IMG/VR virus record: IMGVR_UViG_2778261541_000010
Location: 1-30,311 of that record
Source of the DNA: a virus
Taxonomy: Duplodnaviria > Heunggongvirae > Uroviricota > Caudoviricetes
Length of the DNA: 30,311 nt
Direction: 5' to 3' (one strand)
The notes beneath the pieces are model-generated. The model was not told where the DNA came from and did no database searches. It worked only from the letters and a program-made list of their open reading frames with translations. This document shows, piece by piece, positions 24,581-30,311 of the stretch. Both the position numbers and the translations under genes were made by a program. Numbering within the stretch: position 1 is the first letter of the stretch; every line of letters begins with the position of its first letter.

Positions 24581-27297
24581 TGCCTGTTGTTCCTACTACA
24601 TCCGGACGCCAGGTGCAAAGTCGTGGTGTGCAAACCGGTGGTTTTCAGACCTTCGATGTTCCTCAAGCAGGTCAGGTGCTGGCGAATGTCGCAGATCAGT
24701 ATGCGGTGACATATGGTGAAGCCAGGCAGAAAGCGAATGTTGCATTGTCTCAGGATGCCATCCTTCAGCTTAATCAGCGCAGCAATGAACGTCTTTATAA
24801 CCCTCAAACCGGTTTTTATGCACAACAAGGCAAAAATGCGATTGGTAAGGGGCAAGAGTACATATCTGGATTTGATCAGGATGTGGAAGAAATAGCTGCT
24901 TCATTGACTGATGAAGCTGCAAGAAATATGTTTTTGCAACAAGCCAGAACACAGAAAATTCAGTTCAGTACTGGAGTTCTCAGACATGAGATAGGGCAGA
25001 CAAATGCCTATGAAGATGAGCAATATCAGGCAACGAGAAAATTATGGATACAAAATGAAGCGGATGCCTGGAATGACCCGCAAACTGCCACTTTAGCCAG
25101 AAATTCCAGAATGGTAGCCATTGCCAGATATGGAGCTGCCAGGGGATGGTCACAAGAACGCATTCTGGAAGAAATAGAAAGTGATGATCGCAGTGCCACA
25201 GAAATGCGGGCGAAGAATTATGCCGCTGCCAATCCAGAAGGATGGCTAAATGGTCTGTTTCAGAAAAATGATTCTGGAGGCATGGACATGCGTGCCATAC
25301 GCCTTGTTGAATCAGGTGATCGACATTTTAATCCTGATGGTAGTCTTCTTGAGGGACCGATAACATCTTCTGGAGAGAGAGCCCAGGGGAAATACCAGTT
25401 AATGCCGGGCACAGGAAAAGAACTGGCGGCCAAGCGTGGCGTTGAATACAACCCTACGGACGAACAACAGCATGAAATGCTCGCCAGTGACTATGTAAAT
25501 CAACTGTATGGTAAGTACGGTTCCGAAATATTGACCGGAGCAGCATATAACTGGGGGATGGGTAACGTGGATAAACTGATCGCCAAAGTCGGTGATCCAC
25601 GTAAAGGTGAAATATCAGAAGAAGAATTTATCCGAAATCTTCCATCAGAAACACAAGGGTGGCTTTCCCGATATAGAAAAAATAAAACTGGAATGGATCC
25701 GCTGACTATTTATCAAATAGATAACCTTGCTAATAGTCAGATAGAAAAGCAAAGGAAGTTAATATTAGAACAGCTTGAGCCAGCTATTAATAACACCATG
25801 GCCCAGCTATATAACGGTGAGGTTCCAGATTATATACCGGCTCAGGAGACCATCATCAGGGGGTATGGAAAAAACGCAGATAAAATAATCAATCAACTGG
25901 ATATAGCGATTGATAACGCGAGAATATTCCAGGCAATTCAGTATTTGCCTCCTTCTCAGCAGCAAGAAGAAATGCAGAAAGTGAAGCCTGAGGTTAACGA
26001 TCCTCACTATGCGTTAAAACTCGATGCTTACGGAAAATTGTCTGCATTGCTTCAGAGATCAAATGAAGCAATTCAGGCGCAACGGGATTCACGCAGATTC
26101 AATGAGGCGCTGACAATAGGTGAAAAATTAGACCCAAGCAACAAGTCAATGCAGAAAGCTGCTGATTACACAGAAATGGCGCAGAACTTTCGTATTAATG
26201 ATGCCTCCACTCATGATGGGGTTGTTCGGCTTGTGGCTCAGACTGGCATAATGCCTTCGCAGGTCATCACGCAGCTTTCAGCAGTATCCCGATCCAGCAA
26301 TCAGGAAGTGGTTAAAAATGCGGCGGAACTGTTTAGTCGGTTATATGAAACAGACAATGCATCTATTGGAAATATGCCGAAGGATATGCAGGGTTTTTAT
26401 CTGACTGTTAAGCAACTAACTGATTCTGGCATGTCTGCTGATGCGGCTATCGAGCAGGCGCAGAACCTTACGTACAACCAGACCGATGCTCTTAAAGCTC
26501 AATTGGCATCAACGCAGAGTTCAAAAGAGTACAAAAATGATCGCAGCAAGGCGATGAATTCTGCTGTCAGCAATATGGCGCAGTGGTTCCGTTGGGATCC
26601 GTCTGCGGATGACCAGACGCCGGAAGCAGCTAGATTCCGTAATGACTATCAGACGCTGTATGACATTAACTACCGCGTTGCTGGTGGTAACGCTGACGTA
26701 GCGAAGCAAATGACCAACCAGCAGATAGCCCGCACCTGGAGTATCAGCGAGGTTAACGGAGAAGCGCAGTTTATGAAATATGCACCGGAGGCGCTTTATC
26801 AATATGGGCCGTCAGGCTGGCAGGCGGCGCAGTGGAAAGCTGAAAAAGAACGGCTGATGTACGGTGAGCGCAAAGAGATTATAACAACCAGCCCGACGTT
26901 GCTTGGGATCACGTCAGGTAATGCTCCTGTAGTTGAGACAAAAACCCCTGAGAGTCGTATTAATGGAGAATTATTCATAACCCCTGACGTGTTAACACCC
27001 CGTAATGGTGATTACGCCATTATGGTAAGAACTAAGGATGAAAATGGCATCGATCGGGTCCAGCCGTTTTATAACAAACATGGGCGTCCTATGCGTTGGG
27101 AACCATCACTAGAAGATTGGGAACCCTATAAGAAAATGCAGCAGGAACGGGAGCAGTACGAGCAGGAAGAAATTATGCGTGGACAGGCTATACGAAACTT
27201 CAAAGACAAGCATCGCGCTCTGGATGAGCAGTATCAGCGCCTGCATAACGAACGTATGGACAAATTTAAAGATTACTTTTCGTGGGGATCTAAATAA
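24580..27297 (+). CDS. Internal virion/ejection protein with lytic transglycosylase (SLT) domain
   Basis: LVESGDRHF...AQGKYQLMPGTGKE...AAYNWGMGNV matches the catalytic ES / QLM / AYN-G motifs of soluble lytic transglycosylases; 905 aa in the gp15/gp16 position. Confidence 0.75.
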   Translation: MPVVPTTSGRQVQSRGVQTGGFQTFDVPQAGQVLANVADQYAVTYGEARQKANVALSQDAILQLNQRSNERLYNPQTGFYAQQGKNAIGKGQEYISGFDQDVEEIAASLTDEAARNMFLQQARTQKIQFSTGVLRHEIGQTNAYEDEQYQATRKLWIQNEADAWNDPQTATLARNSRMVAIARYGAARGWSQERILEEIESDDRSATEMRAKNYAAANPEGWLNGLFQKNDSGGMDMRAIRLVESGDRHFNPDGSLLEGPITSSGERAQGKYQLMPGTGKELAAKRGVEYNPTDEQQHEMLASDYVNQLYGKYGSEILTGAAYNWGMGNVDKLIAKVGDPRKGEISEEEFIRNLPSETQGWLSRYRKNKTGMDPLTIYQIDNLANSQIEKQRKLILEQLEPAINNTMAQLYNGEVPDYIPAQETIIRGYGKNADKIINQLDIAIDNARIFQAIQYLPPSQQQEEMQKVKPEVNDPHYALKLDAYGKLSALLQRSNEAIQAQRDSRRFNEALTIGEKLDPSNKSMQKAADYTEMAQNFRINDASTHDGVVRLVAQTGIMPSQVITQLSAVSRSSNQEVVKNAAELFSRLYETDNASIGNMPKDMQGFYLTVKQLTDSGMSADAAIEQAQNLTYNQTDALKAQLASTQSSKEYKNDRSKAMNSAVSNMAQWFRWDPSADDQTPEAARFRNDYQTLYDINYRVAGGNADVAKQMTNQQIARTWSISEVNGEAQFMKYAPEALYQYGPSGWQAAQWKAEKERLMYGERKEIITTSPTLLGITSGNAPVVETKTPESRINGELFITPDVLTPRNGDYAIMVRTKDENGIDRVQPFYNKHGRPMRWEPSLEDWEPYKKMQQEREQYEQEEIMRGQAIRNFKDKHRALDEQYQRLHNERMDKFKDYFSWGSK

Positions 27298-30200
27298 TGC
27301 CAGTTTATGCACAAGCTGAAGATCTTAATAACGGACTGATCCCGTCAGGTAACGTTTTGCCGGAACAAACTGGGTTTGATGTTGCCCTTCCGGAAGGGGC
27401 TAATCCTGAGCCATTGCCACCTGAGCCTTCCGTATGGGGGGCTGCAATGCGACAGAACAATATTCTGTCTGGTTTTTTCCGCCCAGCCAGACAGTTTGAA
27501 CCGGTCGAGGGTTATAACCCATATGCTGATAAAAATGAGTTGCACGGTTATGAATACTGGGGGGCGAAATTTGCAGATTCCCGATCGCCAGAGGAAACGG
27601 CGTGGATTAAGCAGCAGATAGATGATGAAAATGAAGACAGACGTTTATTGTCTGATGCTGGCGTAGTTGGAACCCTTGCCAGTATTGCTGCGGGAATGGA
27701 TCCGGTTACTGTTGCGTCAATGTTTATTCCCGGTGCTCAAGGAGGGGCACTGGCGCGTATTGGCTCACAGATTGCGATTGGTGCTGCCGGTACAGCATTA
27801 AGCGAGGTTGTACTGAATAATCAGCAAATAACACGCTCATGGGGTGAAAGTGCCGCTCACGTTGCAGCGGGTGCGATGATGAGCGGCGTGTTTGCCAGTG
27901 CTGGTGTTGCGCTTTCGCCATCCGTCCGGGCTGCAGCCACACGTGAGGTTGCTGATGCTCTTGATAATATGAGCATTACATCAGCGACTGACAGGGCTGC
28001 CGCTTCGCTTTCCGATGGTGGTAGTGTTGGTGCTATGAAAATTGATACAGCGGCTCTGGATGATTTAACCCCTGTTTCCGGTGGGTGGGTTGGAAAGGCT
28101 GCATGGAAAGCAGGGAGCTATCTTACTCCTTTGACAAGGTTAATGGAGTCTCCGTCCAAGACGGTGCGAAAAACAGCGCTGGAGTTAGCCGAAAATAATT
28201 TCACCCTTAAAGGAAATGAAAGGGGGATTGAAACACCGGTAGCTGTAGAAACCCGTACACGTGGATGGCAGCGTGAAGAAGCTGCTGTTGTTGTCGGAAA
28301 TAAACAGGCATACGCAAAGTATAAAGCTGATGGTGGTGACATGAGTTTTGATTCATTTCGTCAGCAGGTTGGGAATGCTATGCGAAGCGGTGATGTGCAT
28401 GCTAATCCTGTTGTTCAGGAAACGGCGCAGGCGATGCGAACTGTATTAAATCGGGTGAAAGTTGAAATGCAAAAGCTTGGTTTATTGCCGCCAGATGAAG
28501 AACTGAAAGCATTAGGCCAGGCAAGCTATTTCCCACGCATATATAAAGTTGGAAAAATAATCAGTGAACGCGATAAATTTCGACGTATTTTGGTTGACTG
28601 GTGGTCGAGAGGAAATAAAACACTGGATCCTGAGGATGCTGAAATTGCAGCGGATATCGTAATTAATAAAATTACTGGTGCTAAGGTTCCACAGGATTTT
28701 GTCAGCGTATTTTCTGTAAAAGCCGCAGGTAGTACGAAAGAAAGAACATTAAATGTTCCTGATAGTCTTATCAGGGATTATCTTGAAAGTGATGTGAATT
28801 ACGTGCTGCAACGTCATATCCGTGAAGCGGCAGCAGAAATTGAGTTGACGAGAACATTTGGCAAACGAACTATGACTGAGCGTCTGCAATTAATTGAGGA
28901 CGAATATGACAGTCTGTTACGGGAAGTGCCTGAAAAAATAAAGGCGAAATATGACGAAAGTGTGGCAAATCTGAAAGCACGTTATGAGAGCAATGGTGAA
29001 GTTGTTCCTCAGGGTAAACTCGATTCATTAATGCGAAAGTACGAAAAGGAATTACGGAAAGAACAGTCCAGACTTTCAAAATCAAGAGCAAATGATCTCA
29101 GAGACATAACAGCATTACGCGATCGTCTTGTTGGTACATATGGTATGCCTGATGATCCGTCTTCGTTTTTTGTTCGTGCTGGCGCTTTTCTGCGGGATGT
29201 GAACTTCACGACCAAACTCGGTGGAATGACTGTATCAGCTATTCCAGATCTGGCCAGAGGGGTTATGGTTAATGGTTTCCGTAACACCATGAAAGGCTAT
29301 GCTTCTCAGATATCCCAATCACCGGCATTTAAGGCCAGCAAAGAAGAGATGTTGAAGATGGGGATTGGATTGGAAGCTGTACTACATTCACGTTCTCGTG
29401 CAATTGGTGATCTTGTTGACAGTTCTTCCAGGACAACAGCAGTCGAAGCAGGAATGGAGCGAATTACTGATGCCTTCGGCAAGCTGACACTCATGGATCG
29501 ATTTAATGACATAAACAAATCCATGAACGGAATGCTCACGTCAGACGGTATTTTGTCTGGTGCGTTTTCTGCACGTCGCATGGCAAAACTCGGTATCAAC
29601 GACAATATGGCTGCGCGTATTCGCAGTGAGTTCGAGAAACATGGTGAGGTAATTGATGGATGGCACATTGGTAACTTTGATAAATGGGACGATCAGTACG
29701 TTGCCGGAGTATTCCAGTCAGCGGTTCTGAAAGACGTTAATAACACTATCATCACCCCCGGTATTGGTGACACACCTTTATGGGCGAGTACTCCAATGGG
29801 GCGAACGATATTTCAGTTTAAATCATTCACAACGGCTTCATACAACCGTGCGCTACTTGGTGGGTTACAGGAAGGAACTGCGCAATTTTATTATGGCACT
29901 GTATTTCAGATTGCTCTTGGCTCACTGGTCTATGCGCTAAAAGAAGCATCGAAAGGGAAAAATGTTGACTGGTCACCAGAGAAGCTGGTGCTTGAGGGTA
30001 TAGATAGATCCGGTATTCTTGGGCCATTGATGGAATATAACAACATGGCTGAAAAGGCTACTGGTGGTGCTGTTGGGCTGGGGGCTTTATTTGGCACTGG
30101 CACACAGTCTAGGTATGCCAGTCGTGGATTCGTAGGATCTCTATTCGGACCGTCATTTGGTCTTGCGGATAGCATCATTGATGTGACCGCAGGAGTGTTG

Positions 30201-30311
30201 AATGGTGATGCCGGTGATCGTATTGTGCATAATGTCCGAACCCTGATACCAGGCAATAACCTGTTCTGGATTGCGCCACTAATAAACCAGGTGGATCCGG
30301 TGATGCGGTGA
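27297..30311 (+). CDS. Large internal virion/ejection protein (gp15/gp16-like); stop codon is the last triplet of the window
   Basis: 1004-aa ORF following the SLT protein; Ala/Gly-rich hydrophobic segment near residue 130-200; position matches T7 internal core proteins. Confidence 0.6.
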   Translation: MPVYAQAEDLNNGLIPSGNVLPEQTGFDVALPEGANPEPLPPEPSVWGAAMRQNNILSGFFRPARQFEPVEGYNPYADKNELHGYEYWGAKFADSRSPEETAWIKQQIDDENEDRRLLSDAGVVGTLASIAAGMDPVTVASMFIPGAQGGALARIGSQIAIGAAGTALSEVVLNNQQITRSWGESAAHVAAGAMMSGVFASAGVALSPSVRAAATREVADALDNMSITSATDRAAASLSDGGSVGAMKIDTAALDDLTPVSGGWVGKAAWKAGSYLTPLTRLMESPSKTVRKTALELAENNFTLKGNERGIETPVAVETRTRGWQREEAAVVVGNKQAYAKYKADGGDMSFDSFRQQVGNAMRSGDVHANPVVQETAQAMRTVLNRVKVEMQKLGLLPPDEELKALGQASYFPRIYKVGKIISERDKFRRILVDWWSRGNKTLDPEDAEIAADIVINKITGAKVPQDFVSVFSVKAAGSTKERTLNVPDSLIRDYLESDVNYVLQRHIREAAAEIELTRTFGKRTMTERLQLIEDEYDSLLREVPEKIKAKYDESVANLKARYESNGEVVPQGKLDSLMRKYEKELRKEQSRLSKSRANDLRDITALRDRLVGTYGMPDDPSSFFVRAGAFLRDVNFTTKLGGMTVSAIPDLARGVMVNGFRNTMKGYASQISQSPAFKASKEEMLKMGIGLEAVLHSRSRAIGDLVDSSSRTTAVEAGMERITDAFGKLTLMDRFNDINKSMNGMLTSDGILSGAFSARRMAKLGINDNMAARIRSEFEKHGEVIDGWHIGNFDKWDDQYVAGVFQSAVLKDVNNTIITPGIGDTPLWASTPMGRTIFQFKSFTTASYNRALLGGLQEGTAQFYYGTVFQIALGSLVYALKEASKGKNVDWSPEKLVLEGIDRSGILGPLMEYNNMAEKATGGAVGLGALFGTGTQSRYASRGFVGSLFGPSFGLADSIIDVTAGVLNGDAGDRIVHNVRTLIPGNNLFWIAPLINQVDPVMR

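Larger units (their letters stand above)
1..30311. mobile_element. Integrated temperate phage (prophage), mosaic: lambdoid-style immunity, recombination and replication genes plus a T7-like virion module; left boundary/att site lies outside the window
   Basis: Contiguous phage gene order int - early operon - repressor/cro - O/P - terminase - portal/capsid/tail/internal proteins; no host housekeeping genes seen. Confidence 0.85.

Overview
The whole 30.3-kb window reads as one integrated temperate phage (prophage) of an enterobacterial host, with mosaic ancestry. All calls are from reading the sequence and remembered family motifs; no database search was run.

Layout, left to right:
- 1-1251: P4-type tyrosine integrase, starting exactly at the window edge.
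- 1255-5991 (minus strand): early-left operon with tightly overlapping genes: small ORFs, an MT-A70 adenine methyltransferase, AlpA-like regulator, Bet/RecT-family annealase, PD-(D/E)XK exonuclease, a coiled-coil protein, and a 53-aa ORF missing from the ORF track.
- 6145-7114: divergent immunity switch, a tandem-HTH repressor (minus) and a Cro-like gene (plus).
- 7265-9060: replication module, with an O-like initiator carrying internal iterons and a lambda P-like helicase loader.
- 9178-12053: nin-like accessory genes (DUF1064, Ea22-like, DUF551, ASCH-like, RHH/zinc-ribbon protein).
- 12128-14196: terminase small and large subunits.
- 14287-14942 (minus strand): a reverse-oriented moron gene and a tRNA-Arg(UCU), bracketed by intrinsic terminators.
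- 15370-30311: a T7-like (podovirus-type) virion module: gp8-like portal, scaffold, capsid, tail tubular proteins A and B, and internal virion proteins including one with a lytic transglycosylase domain.

The strongest signal outside the genes is a 15-bp palindrome, TTACC-N5-GGTAA. It occurs perfectly 7 times, plus 4 degenerate copies, always in intergenic DNA at operon boundaries. This suggests one repressor directly controls early, replication, accessory, packaging and virion operons. I did not find a defence system or CRISPR array; the candidate novelty is this regulatory architecture and the mosaic genome, not a new enzyme system.
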